The notes: a model not told the origin generated them from the sequence alone. A stretch of DNA of 64,000 nucleotides from Chloropicon primus (GCA_023205875.1 CP060769.1:186001-250000), one strand, 5' to 3'; shown: positions 20,611 through 33,650, counted from the first letter of the stretch. Numbers and translations: made by a program.

Positions 20611-23600
20611 TCACGCCATGTATTGGGACAAGTCCTCTCCCGAGATCTCCTCAAGCTTGCGCACGAATTCCTTGCACGCCACCTGGACGCCATGCTCCTT
20701 GTCCTCGAGCAGCTCCGCGATGAAGGGCACCGTCTCCGCAATCAAAACGATGTAGTCCTCCCGCAAGAATTGAGCCAGCTGGGAGACGCACTCGATGCAA
20801 ACGAGCTTCACTCGGGGGTTCTCCGTTCTCGAGGCCATGAGGACCTTGCTGTTGAAGCGCTTCCACACCGTGTCGTTGTTTCCGGCGATGGCCATCTTGT
20901 TCAAACACTCTGCCGTTTCCCTCGCCATGAGATCGAGGTTCTTGTAGCAAGGCAAGTCCTCCTCCTCGGCATCAAGTTCCATCTCGTCCTCCTGTCTCTG
21001 TGACGCCGTTACCCCGAGAAGGCTCTCCGCCAGGGCGTCAACCTCCGCTGCAATCGCAGAAGATGGCTGATCATTGAGCGAGTCGAGGATGATGGGGAGA
21101 ACCTCGTCAAACGTGTTCTCCTCAGTGAACCCAACGGTGTCGTAGGCAAAGCACTTTTGCAGGGAATGAACGACCTCCAGCTTGAGCGTCCAAAGAGCGA
21201 CAGATTCATCGGAAGAAGGCTTGGATCTCTTCTTTGCCCTCTTCGAATTCTTTTGCCTCTCCTCCAGCCAACCGCAAGCAGTCTCCATCAGGTGCTTGAA
21301 ATAGGGCACAAAAATCGATCGCAACTTCTCCGTGATCTTGATGACCAGGTGGAAGAGGGAGATGCCCCTCGCCATCTTGAGGTCGAGAACATCGCCCTCA
21401 TTGACGGTTCCCTTCGTACTCCAGTCCAGCACGTGCAAAAACACGGGCCTGAACGAAGCTTCGGACAGTTTCATGACGAGGGAGACAAAGCAGTCGACCA
21501 ACGAGCACTCGAGGCTCGAGTACTCGGAATCTGCCATTTTGTGCATTCTTCTGCCATCAAGAGCTCCGAGAACGTAATTCACCACGTCAAAATGATTCGT
21601 TTGGATGGCGGAGTGATCCATGGTCTGCAAAAGATTGTTCAGCATGTCCACAAGAGGTTTGGCTACTGCGGGCAGGCAAGGCAAGTTCAGCGTCTCCAAG
21701 AGCGCCGGAAGCAAGATGCGCACAGGCACGTCCTCTGAGACGTGCAAAAGCAAGCTCAAAGCCTCGGCCTCGGAATTATTCCCGCTCTCACTTCCCATGA
21801 GAACCTTCCACAATTCGAACAGCTTGCTCAGGTAGGGGCCGACCATGCCGCCATGGTGGATGACAAGGCTTTCGAGGGTGAACAGACTCGCCTGTATGAC
21901 CGGCAGGGAAGACTCCTTGATCGCTTCCTCCAGACTCCCCAACACATGCTTTGCGACCGACGGCAAGCAAGGGATTGCTCTCGATTTCAGCGCGATCAGC
22001 GATGCGCCGAAGAAGAAAATGATTGCCGAGGCCGTCGCTTCCTCTGCCTGCGGCACGAGCAAAAGCTTGTCAACAAGTTCCAGGACACTGCTTCCCTTGT
22101 AATGCTTTAGGCTCTGCCCAAGAGTCCCGAGGCAAGCTTGCTTGGTCTCCTCACTGGTGGTCTTGAAAAGGCTTCCCGAAACGGCTTCAAACACTAGTGT
22201 ACCAACCTCCGCCTTGAGCTTCTTCTGCTGCTGCGAGAGCTTGTGGCTCATCAGATCCAAGGTCGTGCGAAGAAGGTTTTCGTCCCCAGAATCGCAAAGG
22301 CTGGCGAGCGGTCCAAAGAGCTCCTCAGGGGTGCAGATTTCCTCAAACTCGCCAAGGAGATCAAAGTAGAGCTGCTGCAGAGTCTCTTCCGAACCCTCTT
22401 CGGCGCCATAGGTTTTGCTTGCTTGCTTCACAACCTCAACAAGAGTGCTCTCCTTTGCGCTCCTGTCACTCTCGCTGTACCGCAGTCTGTTGGAGGCAAT
22501 GACTTCGATGGCAAAGCTTACTTTCATCTTCAAAGAGTCCTCCCCTGCATTGGACAAAAGGTTGCGCAAGGCCTCCAAGCACTTGGTTCCGCTGTAACCT
22601 TCGCAAATGATCCCTGCAAACTCCTCCGCTCCTTGCTTTGCGTGCTCAAAAGCCTTCTCCAAAAGCATGTCGAGGAGGCTGTCCCCATCCCAGATCTGTT
22701 GGGCGAGGGCAAAGAACACCTCTTGGTCCGACCTCTCAAATTCTGCAACTTTTCTGCATATCTCATCCAGGGTTTGGTCCATCGTGCTCTTGTTGGACAG
22801 GAATGGCTTCAGCACACCCAGAACGCTCTTGAAGAACTTGTGGTTGGATGCACTCCATTGCACGTGCAAGTGAAGCGAGTCCATCACAGCAGCAAAGACG
22901 TTCGAAGCATGTGATTCGAGCTCCCTCTTCGGAAGGTCGCCGATGACTTGGTTCAGAATATCCAACGCGTTCTCATGAATGCTGGCCTGCTCCATGAACT
23001 GCATGCATTTCAAGGACAGCCCCACAATGCTCACACGCACAGTCTTCGATACGCTGCCGCCGGCAATGTTGTACAAAGCTTGAAGACCAAGCTCAATCCC
23101 ATACCTGGCCTGTGAAGTGATGTCAATCTCCTTGTTCACAAAGGTCTTGGCCGCCGCCGCCGCCGTGGCGAACACCTTGCTGCTCTGGATCCTGCTGTTC
23201 CCAGACTTGTCCACCACTGCTTGGTGGAGGTACAAAAGAAGCTCCAGGGTCTCTAGCAAGGGCGTCGAAAGGTAATTCAAGTTCTCGAATTCGGCCAAGT
23301 CCAGCACCTCCAGCGCAAGAATTGTGGAGCTTAATCCCAAGTTTTCCTGGTCCTCGAGCACCTCCCTGACCCACTTGAATCGGTTCTGCACCTCGGCCTG
23401 TGGAGCCTTTTTGCTCCTCTTGGTGGCCTTTTGGCTGCCGCCACTTTGCGCTCCTAGAGCCTTGCAAGATTTTGGAAGGCTCATCAGGAAAGGCTCCACG
23501 ACTGCAGAGTCCTTCTCCATGGTCGAAAGCTTCTCGCTTGCAACAGAGCGCACAATCTCGGAGTCATCCTTGTAAGTGAGGTAAGCCAAGGAGTGAATCA

Positions 23601-26600
23601 GCACAGCCTTCTTGTCCTCGTCGAAAATGCCAAAAAGGTCGTCCGAAACAGAATCAATGGCAGATTTCCTGACTTCCCAGCTGAAGTCGTGTTTCGAGGG
23701 GAAGTGCATGCATGCAACGAAGCAATCAAACCACTCGGTGCCGCTGCAAGGGCCGTTCATTCGAAAACCCTTCATGATGTTCGAAAGCAGCCTGATGTCC
23801 TCGCCGTTGATCTTCGCGTCGTGCGCGAATCCAAAGGAGGAGTCCACGTACTTGTCCAGCTCCTTCCTCAAAAGCTTGCCAAGAGCCTCGATCCTCTGTG
23901 AGCATGGTCTCACATTTCCCAGCGAGGAGGTGAGGTTCACGGCAATCTCCTTGTACGGGTACCTCACCGAGGCCTCGAGCAGGAAAGGAACGAGGCCATC
24001 CTTGTCCTGCTTCGAAGACTTTGATTGGTTGCAGAAAGCTTCCAGAGTGCTTGCCAGCGTGATGTGACCAGTCGCCAGACCCGCGGAGGAGTTCGCCAAA
24101 GAGCCCGATATGAAGTCCGTCAAGGACTGCAAGTTAATGCTCAGCTTCGACGAATATTTCAATGCCCCAGACTTGATGATGCCTGACAAGAGCTCCAGCA
24201 TGCTAATCGCATCCTTGCAGATGTTCTCATTCGCTTCGCACAACGCGCTGAGCAGCCAAGGAACGCACAAGTCCAGGTCAATGTTCACAATGTTGCTTGA
24301 TCCGCTAGCCACACCGTTTCCGTTCCCATTCATGTGCTTCAGGGCCCCCCGCTTCTTCGCCAACGCCTGCTCTTCCATTCTCTTCGTCAACTCCGTGCTC
24401 GTGGACGACAAGTGGCTTCCGAAAGCCCTCAAAGCTCTGGCTCTGACCATCCTCACAACGTCTTTGTCGCCAAGCCTCTGTTTGCAGGTGTAATAAACCT
24501 GCACCAAGATGTTCTCCCTCGATGTGGCATCTTTGCACAACTTCTCCAAGGCCAGCTCGATGTACGCGTTTGACTTTGACAGAGGATTAACTTGCATGAT
24601 GCTCATGAGAATGTCAAGGTAATCGGTCATGGTGATGGTGATCGTGTCCAGAAGGGCGAAGAGGACCTTCTCCAGCAGCTGGAGGTGAGCTTCATTACTG
24701 TCTTCGAAGAAGACTTGCAAGTGCTCCAGAGGCGGAACCCCGTTTTTCCACTGCGTCGCGTCAGCCTTGGACAAAGAAGACTTCCCGACATTGTTCCAGT
24801 TCCTCTTGACGTAGTCCCAGCAAACGGAAACAAAGTAATCCTTCTTTGCTCCCTTTGCATTCTTGTTCTGCAGAGCAGAATACAAGACCAGGAGGCCCAA
24901 GTGCTCCGAGTCTTTGCTGCGCATCAAAAGCGGCATCAACCCCGAGACGCTTGGCATGCTCATCTTGCAAAGGGCCTCAGAAAGCGAGACGATTGTACTC
25001 TGGTTGATGGCAAAGTTCTTTGCGGCCTTCTCGTCCACATCTCCGGTTTTGCCCTTGGCCCTCTTCTCGAATTGCTTCAAAGCCTTCTTCTTGCCTTGAA
25101 CGTTCTCAAACAAGCCACTCCCCGAAAACCTTGACACAACCTTCAGGGCGTCAAAGGCCAGCTTGCGGTTGCTCCTGGACACGAAAAGGGTTGGGAATAC
25201 CAAAGAGACCACGGAATTCATTTCTGACTTGTGCTTGGCGCAGAACTTCTTCATCAGGAATTTGATGGCCACCTTCGCCTTCACGTACTTCTGCTTCCTG
25301 TTCGCCGAGTCCTCCTGACACGCGAGGAACTCCCTGAGAATCACCTCGATCTCTTGGACGAGCGTCTGCGGCGCAACTTGCAAGAGCTCCTCTTGGTTGA
25401 AGGCAATGTGAGAAATGGACTCATCTTCGTCATGGATCCTCCTCAACAGCGCCCCGTGAATGAAGTCGCGAGATATGCTGGACTGACCCTCCTTGCTGTA
25501 CAGCTCGAGCAACTTTGTCAGAGCATTCTTCCTCACCTGCGGCTGGGCACTGTCGATTGCGGCTTGCAGGGTCATGGACTCGTCCCCGATAGGCTGCCTG
25601 AGCGTGCCCGTGAACAGCTCCCCAAAGTAATCCACCAGGTCCTTCTGAATCTCGGAGAGTTCCTTCGAGGTGATCGCCCTGTTCAAGGTGGTGTCGAACT
25701 TGGCTCCATACTTGGAGTCCAGAGCTCTCATGAGCTCCCCAAAGTACACATGGTCCTCAAGCAGGGCCTGGCACCCCGGTTCCTTCGCGCCTTCCACCAC
25801 CCGCTTCGCGTGCCCCAGCAGCACTTTGACAAGAAAATCCAAATGGCTCGAGAAATCAATCTCCAAGGCAATCTTCTTGACGACAGCGCAGTAGTTTTCG
25901 TGCTGAGGGCAAAAGTCCACTAGGCTCGGCCAAAGGGCCTTCCACAGGAGGAAGCTCTGGGGGTGCTGCTCGGTCACCCTCCTCAGGTTCTCAACGAGGT
26001 TCTCCATCTTCACCAGGTTCTTGATCGCCTTCGACGGAACCTTCTTCACATCCTTCTGGCTCGCGCACAGAGAGACCAGGACGTGCAGAGCGTTCGGCTG
26101 AAGCTCCACGTTGTCGCGGCAGCCTCTGCAGATCTCCTCGATCAGAACGGACACCAACGAGGCGGACAGAGGCAGCTTTCGAGACAGCTGCACGGCGAGC
26201 AGCATGGACGCCGCCTGAGAGTCCTTGCTGTCGGACTGAATTCCAGGGAAGACGCAGTAAGACAGAAGCTTGACCAAGAGCGCCTCCGAGATGGTCGTCA
26301 TCATGTCCACGTACTCCGAGACCAAGAAGAACAGGAAGGAGGTGAGTCCCGAGCTGGAGTGATTGTCCTGGGCGTTGTCTTTCGTGGTCTGAAGAACGAA
26401 ATTCAAGAACGCTTGGTTTCTGATGCACTGCTTCGTGAAGAGCCCCCTCTCAAACGCAGAGTCGGTCTTCTGAAGCCCCTCGACCCAAGACCACTTCGTG
26501 CCTCTCACGTACAAGATCCCGATAATCTTCCTGAACACGGCCGTCCTGTGGTACGGCAGGCAGCAGTGAAGCACGCTATGGACGTTGTACGCGTGCACCC

Positions 26601-27257
26601 TGTACTTTCTCACCAAGTATTCCAGGCATTCAAGCGCCGCGGGAATCAGAAGGTGCGGCGAGAGGTCCTTCAGGAAGCGTTGGATGTTCTCGTTCAAGTC
26701 CCTCAGCTCCTCCGGCATGAGCTTCTCCCTGTCGGCGTTCAGCGCCTTCCTCGAGAACAGAGTCTTCGTGTACTTGGTGAACGCTCTTGGGTTCAAAGCG
26801 ATCAGCTCGATCAGGCCTGGAAAACCCACGGCAAAGCGAAGAGAAAGGGTAAACCCGCACGCGTGTGAGTGTCAAGCCAAAAGTGGTGTCTGGTGACTGC
26901 ACAGACACAGAGATACAGAGATAAAGAGAGAGAGAGAGAGAGAGAGAGAGAGTGTGTGTGTGTGTGCGCTGGCGTCGTGACGAAAAAGCAGAAAGGGCCT
27001 GCCGTGTGAATCGTATCTCTTTCGAGTAGTGACTCACCATTCTCCGCTCTCTCGAAGAGGGTCTCCACTCCGATGTTCGCGGCCTGCCTTGGCTCGTAAA
27101 GAACCGAAGCTCTCGTTCCCCCTTTCACCAGACTGAGCGGTGGCTTCCCAGCCGCTGGTCCATCAAACAAAGACACCGACGTCGACGCCAGGAGGGAGTC
27201 ATTCGCACGACCTCCGACCCCAAGCTTGGCCAACTCGCGCTCCAAACTCGTCGCCAT
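20611..27257 (-). CDS. UTP10: U3 snoRNA-associated protein 10 / HEATR1, about 2141 aa, 2 exons
   Basis: Exons 27257-27038 and 26816-20611 (phase-1 intron GTGAGT..CAG). N-terminal MATSLERELA..ASVLY, ALECLEYLVRKYRVH..LPYH, and BP28CT motif KLSEASFRPVF; C-terminal ETVPFIAELLED. Confidence 0.95.
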
Positions 27258-27556
27258 CCTCTCGTCCAAATGCTATTGTCTTCCGCCTACCAGAGCAGCA
27301 AAGACGTTGTTCCTCCGCAAAAAAAAACAAGTTGACAAAAAAAAAGGGAAAGCGGACACGAGGACTCGCACGCGTCGTGTCGTTCGTCGCGTCGGAGGAG
27401 ACCAAGCCTCCCGCTCCGTCCCTTGCGCCTCTCCGTCCCTTGCGCCTCCCTCCTCGTTACCCAAGCTGCTCGCCGCCGGCTGCTGGTTTCTGAGAATTCC
27501 GTTTTGCTCTAAGACGATCAGATCGATGATTCGATCGATCGTCGTGGCATCATGAG

Positions 27557-27865
27557 CCGGATCGATCGAAAGGCCTGGCATCCATCAAGCGTGTCCTGTC
27601 CTGTCCTGTCCTGTCCTCTTTCTCTTTCTCTCACTCTCACTGTCCTCCTTTCTCCTCTCTGTCCTCCCCTTTTGGGTTGACGACTCTCATGACATGCATT
27701 GCATCGAGGGGTTTGTTTGTTTGGTTAGGCAACGACACCGGATCGATCGAAAGGCCTGGCATCCATCAAGCGTGTCCTGTCCTCTCTCTGACTCTCACTC
27801 TCACTCTCACACTGTCCTCCTTTCTCCTCTCTGTCCTCCCCTTTTGGGTTTGACGACTCTCATGA
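27557..27865. repeat. Imperfect direct duplication of about 130 bp (27557-27692 and 27738-27865)
   Basis: Both copies start CCGGATCGATCGAAAGGCCTGGCATCCATCAAGCGTGTCCTGTCCT and end GACGACTCTCATGA; they differ in internal microsatellite lengths. Confidence 0.9.
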
Positions 27866-28766
27866 GAGTGTGTCCTTGCACCCCGGGCCCTGGTGGTAGG
27901 ACCCCCCAAAGATGGATCTTTCTCACCATCTGAAGACCAAAGAAACCTGTTCAATCCTGAGAGATGAGGTCCATGACTCACGAACACGACCTGCTCCACC
28001 CCTCCACCCTCCTCTAACTCCCCCTCAGCAAGGCAAGCTCAAGCCTCATGAGAGGACACACGACCACGAGCACGAGCACACGGTGAGAGAGAGAGAGAGA
28101 GAGGGAGAGAGAGGGAGGGAGGGAGAGGAGTGATGATGGAGACAGAGAGGATAACAAGGGTAAGCGTGAAGATCCTCCATGTCTCCTCCCTTGATGCATG
28201 CATTGCATCAACCACCATCACCTCCATCATCACCTCCATCGTCCAATGGGCCAAAAGAGATTGAGATTGAGAGAGATTGAGAGAGAGAGAGAGAGGGCGA
28301 GGGCGAGGGCGAGAGGTAAGACTTTCGGAAAGAAGCGAGGACGAGGGAGGAGGTTCGAGGGATTGTGGTGGGTGCCGAACGAAGCTTCGTCTCGCGAGGA
28401 TTCCAAAGACGTCTCGGTCGAGCCACGTGACGAAGGGACGAGGATGGGAGAGACTCACGTTCGATCGCTCGCTCGCTGGTTTTGTTTCTGTCTCTTTCTC
28501 AGTGATCGACGAGCAAGGTTGTTGGGAGCGAGGGGAGCGCGACGCGAGTGAACGGAGGACGGGAAGGACGAGGCAGACGATCAGTTGCACCGCTCGCGAG
28601 CAGCTTTTCGTTATCTGAAGACGGGCGAGGGACTCGAAGAAGCCAAGGGAGTCAGAACCCACAAGCCCTAACGCCCTAACGAGGTGGAACATCAGGAGGG
28701 TTGTTCGATCGATCGGTCGGTAGAAGAGGAGAGGAGAGGAGAGGATACATTAGCGGCGGAGTCATC

Positions 28767-29510
28767 ATGGCTATGGCGTCGGGCGCGGTGTCGCAGGCCG
28801 AGCTCTTGCTCAGGAAACAACTCAAAAGTAAGTGGCCACGACCTCGAGGTTTCTCGCTCTCTCGCTCGCTCTGTAGGTGGAGCACACACACACACACACA
28901 CAACAGGGTTTCACCGCCGCCGAAGCGGAATGGAAGCAAGGGCTTCGGGAACCCTCGACAGTCGTGGGCGAGATCACTGACCTTGCTTGCTCTTCTTTTC
29001 CCTCCTCTTCTTCCTCGTCGTCGCTGTCGTGGTGGTGATCAACTCGTTCTAGATCTAATGAAAAACCCGGTCGACGGTTTTTCTGCTGGTCTCACGGACG
29101 AGAACAACATCTACGAGTGGAGCGTGACGGTGATCGGTCCCCCGGACACTTTGTACGAGGGAGGCTTCTTTACGGCGATCCTGAGCTTCCCTAGGGACTA
29201 CCCGCAGTCCCCTCCCGTTTGCAAGTTCAAATCAGAGATGTGGCACCCCAACGTGTACCCGGACGGCAGGGTGTGCATCTCGATCCTTCACTCCCCCGGG
29301 GATGACCCGAGCGGGTACGAGCTCTCGTCAGAGAGGTGGACGCCAGTGCACACGGTGGAGACCATCATGCTTAGCATCATCAGCATGTTGTCGTCCCCAA
29401 ACGACGAGAGCCCTGCCAACATAGACGCCGCCAAGGAGTGGAGGGAAGACAAAGAGTCCTTCAAAAAGAGAGTCCAGAGGTGCGTCAGGAGGTCTCAGGA
29501 GATGTTGTGA
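28767..29510 (+). CDS. UBC7: Ubiquitin-conjugating enzyme E2, UBC7/UBE2G type, 172 aa, 2 exons
   Basis: Exons 28767-28827 and 29053-29510 (intron GTAAGT..TAG). HPNVYPDGRVCISILH followed by the acidic insertion SPGDDPSGYELSSERW. Confidence 0.95.
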   Translation: MAMASGAVSQAELLLRKQLKSKWPRPRGFSLSRSLCRWSTHTHTHNRVSPPPKRNGSKGFGNPRQSWARSLTLLALLFPPLLPRRRCRGGDQLVLDLMKNPVDGFSAGLTDENNIYEWSVTVIGPPDTLYEGGFFTAILSFPRDYPQSPPVCKFKSEMWHPNVYPDGRVCISILHSPGDDPSGYELSSERWTPVHTVETIMLSIISMLSSPNDESPANIDAAKEWREDKESFKKRVQRCVRRSQEML

Positions 29511-29996
29511 GGCACGGCGACCTAGCTAGGGACATTTTTTTGCTCAGACAATGATAATCTGCTGATTCTGCCTTTGCGCGCTGTCGACTGTTCCGTCGTC
29601 GACTCCCGCGCATCGGTTGTCGGGCATCTATGTATTCAATATATGAGAACACTATTTCGAAAACGACGTAATCGTACTGGAGGCCCACCGACCCTCCCTC
29701 CCTGCGAACCACCGGCGGTAGGATTGATGCAAACCTCCTCTCCAAAAGGCACCACCACCATCGATCAATCAATCACCACCAGTGTGAGGCCTGCGGTGGA
29801 AGCAGGGGGTGGGGTGGGGTATCGATCACGATGCGGTGGAGACCGAGCTTCCTTCCGTCACCACCACCACCACTACCCATCACAACAACAACAACAACAA
29901 CCCATCCATCCATCCATCCGGGCCTTGCCTTCAAGATAAGAAAAAATTTCTTTTTATCGACAGAGAGAGAGAGAGAGAAGAGTAACACAGAACACA

Positions 29997-30672
29997 ATGA
30001 AGCTTCCTTTCTTCGGCGGCGGGAAGAAGGCGGCCACAATGGCGCCCACCGCGGCGGAGAGCAAGGTACGTCCCGCCGAGCACTCCCCTCATTCCTTGTC
30101 CTCGAACGCGACAAGGACGGCAAGAGGGAAGGGGCAGTATCCACTTTTTTTTTGGATAAGTACTGCTGTCTGCTGCCCATTTGGGGGCGTGAAGCCCTGC
30201 TGGCCGTCGAGCAAAGGAGCGACCTGGTGGATGCGATTGGTCCCACGACTTGCTGCTCGCGTTCCTCGAGACAAGGGCCTGCCATCAGTTGGCCTGCCTC
30301 CTTGAGAAAGTGAATCGACTTTCAAGCGTGGCCTGGGCCACGACCTTGGATGCATCGGGTGGCCACCCCCGTTGTCTCGAGCCTGGCCATGGACTGACTT
30401 GAATACGCCTCTCTCTCTCTCTCTTCTTGCTATTATTCTTATATATACATATGCTTCCGTCTCCGCTACCACCGACGACCCAACCCAACCAGGCCGAAGC
30501 CGAGGGCAAGGAGAAGAGAAAGGTGAACATAGTGGACATAGGCAAGGCTGAGGACGACGGGAAAGACACGCTCACGGGGTACTGCAACCTTTCTGAGAAC
30601 CTGGAGCCCTGCGAGTGGACCTTCAGCACGCCTAAGATCAAGGAGAAGCCGCTGATGCGGATCCTATTCTGA
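29997..30672 (+). CDS. Small protein of unknown function (82 aa, 2 exons)
   Basis: Exon 29997-30065 (donor GTACGT) joins exon 30493-30672 (acceptor CAG) in phase 0. Strong GC3 codon bias; TGTAA downstream at 30789. Confidence 0.65.
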
Positions 30673-30814
30673 AGGAAAGGGAGGAGGCAAACGCCAAAAA
30701 AACGGGGAGGAGGGGGAGAGAGAGGTGTTTGTGGAAGGGTTCTCGGCTTGGTAAAAAAGTTGATATATCTGGAATTGAGCAAGCAAAATGTAAGGTCTAA
30801 TAGAGTAAAGTCGT

Positions 30815-33037
30815 CTACGCGCTGCCGAACATCGAATCGATCTTGGAGCCGAAAGCTTCGGCGACGATGTGCCTCCTCTCCTTCATAGTTCTGGTCAGGA
30901 AGCCGTCCTCGAACGTGAGGGGGTCCTCCAGGAGCACGATGTTTCTGACGCTCTCCTGGGGCTTGAAGAGGTCCCTCTCCTCGATCTTCTGCTTGATCTC
31001 AGCCTTGAGGAACTTCATGGCCTCGTCCTTGTCGCTCTTCGAGGAGATGATCCCCTCCTCCATCAGCGCCTCATAGTCTGGCACGACGAGAGCTCCCAAG
31101 GACTTCTTGTCTTGGCCCACCACCATGATCTGCTCGATGTAAGAACTCGCGAGGCACGCCTGCTCGAGCGGCGAGGGCTCGACGTTCTCCCCGTTGCTCA
31201 GCACGATCGTCTCCTTCTCCCTTCCCACTAGGACACACATGCCTCCCATGTCGTGATGGTTCTTGTAGGGCGCGATGTAGCCCAGGTCACCCGTGTCGAA
31301 CCAACCGTCGCCGTAACGGAAGGCGGACTCGGTTGCCTTCGGGTTCTGCTTGTAGCCCCCGAAGATCGTCGCCCCCTTCGCCAGCAGGAGGCCCTTCTGT
31401 CCATCGGGGATGGCCTCGAGAGTCTCGGGGTCCACCGCCCTGATCTGAGTCCCGGGAACTGGCCTGCCCACCGTCCCCCTGGCGTTCTGGTACGAGTTTG
31501 TCAACTTGGTTGGCCTTGCCGCGATCACTGGACTCGTCTCGGTCAGGCCCCAGCCGTTGATGATCTCGACGCCCACGATCTCGAAAAAGTCTTCGAGGTG
31601 CTCGCTCAAGGCACCGCCGCCGCTGACGATGGTCCTCGAGATCTTGATCTGGTCGCGGATCTTCGAGTACACGAGCTTGTTGGCCAAGGCGTGGATGGGC
31701 TTGAGGAGGATGTGGACCAGCCAGTACGCGAGCATCTTCAGTGGCGAGGGTCTCTCGTGGACGTACTTGAGGCTCACGCCCTGAACGACGCGGGTTGCCT
31801 GGATGTAGTTCTGCGATGCCTTGAGGAAAAACCCGACCAAGTTCCTCTTGGACGAGGGCATCTTCTTGACCGAGGACATGACCTTCTTGTACAAGTTTTC
31901 GATGACGAGGGGCACGGCCACGATGAAGTCACACCCGTGCTCCCCCAAATCCTTGGCAAAGTTGGCCACGTTGGAGTACCTGTTGGTGATCCCGTGGGAG
32001 TACGAGTAGTAGCCCGTCGCCAGCTGGTACACGTGCCAGGGAGGCAAAAGGCTGATGACGTTCGTCTCGGATGGGATTGCGATCACGTTGTGCAAGTTCA
32101 CGATCTGGTACATAATGTTCTTGTGGCTCAGCATCGCGCCCTTGGGCTGCCCCGTCGTGCCGGACGTGTAAATGATGCAGTAGGGGTCCTCCTCCGATAT
32201 GGTGGAGTTCAAGATGCTCTCCAGCGGCTTGGCCGAGCTCGCCTCCCTTCCCATGTTGATGACATCCGCGTAGCTCAAAACCTGGACGTCTCCCTCCGTC
32301 CTCCTGGCCTCCGTGACCCCATCCCACAGCACGACGACGAACCCGATTTGGTTGTGCTGGCCGTTCTCCACGAGCGTGGGCCAGATGTGGTTCAGCGTGT
32401 CCTCGTTCTGGACAATGAGCCCCCGCCCCTGGGAGTTGTCCACGATGAAACTAAGCTCATCCGCCGGCGACGTGATTCCCCTCAACGCATTCGTGCACCC
32501 CAGCATGCTGCTGCCCTGGTCAGCCACCAGCCACCTCGCGCTGTTCTCGCTGAAGATGCAAGTGGTGTGACCCTTCTCCGCCCCGAGGCTCTTCAAGCCC
32601 CACGCGAATAGGCATATCTCCTCGTGAAGCTCCCCGTAGGTCCACTCCACGCGCGTTCCCTCGGACTTGCCGTTGTTCTCGTCGATCACCGCGATGGTGT
32701 CCTTCGGAACCTCCTCGGCGAGCCTCGCCCACTGCTGAGGCAGCAAGTCCCAGCTCGTCTCCCTCGACTTTGAGTTCCTCCAGGCACCGAACGTAGAGGA
32801 GAACTCCACCTGGTCCGATTCCGTCTCCTCGACCAAGGAGGCGTAACCCCTCAAGGAGTCCCTCCTCCCCCTCTCCCTCCATGCGTCCACCCTGCCCCTG
32901 GTCCGCCCTGCGCTCGCCCTCGACAACCGGGACCAAGGCTGCAGCTTGGATGCTCCACGAGCTTTGGTGCGACAAAAAGGCGTCGCCTTGGACGTCGTGC
33001 TCGTCCTGGAGCGGTACTGCACTCTTCCTCGATTCAT
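30815..33037 (-). CDS. Plastid long-chain acyl-activating enzyme (acyl-ACP/acyl-CoA synthetase, AAE15/16-like)
   Basis: R/S/T-rich transit peptide; AMP-binding motif IYTSGTTGQPKG; SLLPPWH, GWGLTETSP, WFDTGDLG and GREKETIVLSNGENVEP. Confidence 0.93.
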   Translation of the reverse strand: MNRGRVQYRSRTSTTSKATPFCRTKARGASKLQPWSRLSRASAGRTRGRVDAWRERGRRDSLRGYASLVEETESDQVEFSSTFGAWRNSKSRETSWDLLPQQWARLAEEVPKDTIAVIDENNGKSEGTRVEWTYGELHEEICLFAWGLKSLGAEKGHTTCIFSENSARWLVADQGSSMLGCTNALRGITSPADELSFIVDNSQGRGLIVQNEDTLNHIWPTLVENGQHNQIGFVVVLWDGVTEARRTEGDVQVLSYADVINMGREASSAKPLESILNSTISEEDPYCIIYTSGTTGQPKGAMLSHKNIMYQIVNLHNVIAIPSETNVISLLPPWHVYQLATGYYSYSHGITNRYSNVANFAKDLGEHGCDFIVAVPLVIENLYKKVMSSVKKMPSSKRNLVGFFLKASQNYIQATRVVQGVSLKYVHERPSPLKMLAYWLVHILLKPIHALANKLVYSKIRDQIKISRTIVSGGGALSEHLEDFFEIVGVEIINGWGLTETSPVIAARPTKLTNSYQNARGTVGRPVPGTQIRAVDPETLEAIPDGQKGLLLAKGATIFGGYKQNPKATESAFRYGDGWFDTGDLGYIAPYKNHHDMGGMCVLVGREKETIVLSNGENVEPSPLEQACLASSYIEQIMVVGQDKKSLGALVVPDYEALMEEGIISSKSDKDEAMKFLKAEIKQKIEERDLFKPQESVRNIVLLEDPLTFEDGFLTRTMKERRHIVAEAFGSKIDSMFGSA

Positions 33038-33193
33038 GCCTTGCGATTCAATGTTGAATGCAAGGGAGTTTCCTTTCCTCTCCTCTCTGGTTGGGATGGG
33101 GATGGTGACCGACCTTTCCCTTCCTCTCTCTCTCTCTCTCTCTGTGCTCCCCTCCTGTGCGCCGCAGCTTCCTTTCCTTGGGATCAGCACCCC

Positions 33194-33224
<31 letters not shown>

Positions 33225-33650
33225 ATCTTGGGGAAGGATGAATCCTTCTACTTGTTGCCCAAGCGTCGCGTAGAGCTATCCTAAAGACTCTTTCTCCAGC
33301 CTGGTCCCTCTTTCCTTAATGTCTAATGAAGAAGGAACCTTCGGAGGAAGAACAGGAGACACAGAGACACAGGAGATCTTTTCCTTTTTTCCTTTTTTCC
33401 TCCTCTCTGTCTTGCACTCGTCCCTCCCTCGTGCACTCCGAAAGACTCACAGTCTCTCTGTCTCTCTCATAGCTCGAGGCTCGAGGAGCTCAAGGAGCTT
33501 ACCACACAGGACGTCCTTGACTTGCTTGCGGCGGACAATTGAGTGAGCGTCCAGAAACCGGAGCAGGACCCCCAGGATTCATTCCAGAGACTCCGCATTC
33601 CTTTGCTCTCTGCTCTAGCGGGTTTCCTTGACGCTGAAAAAGGGCAAAGC

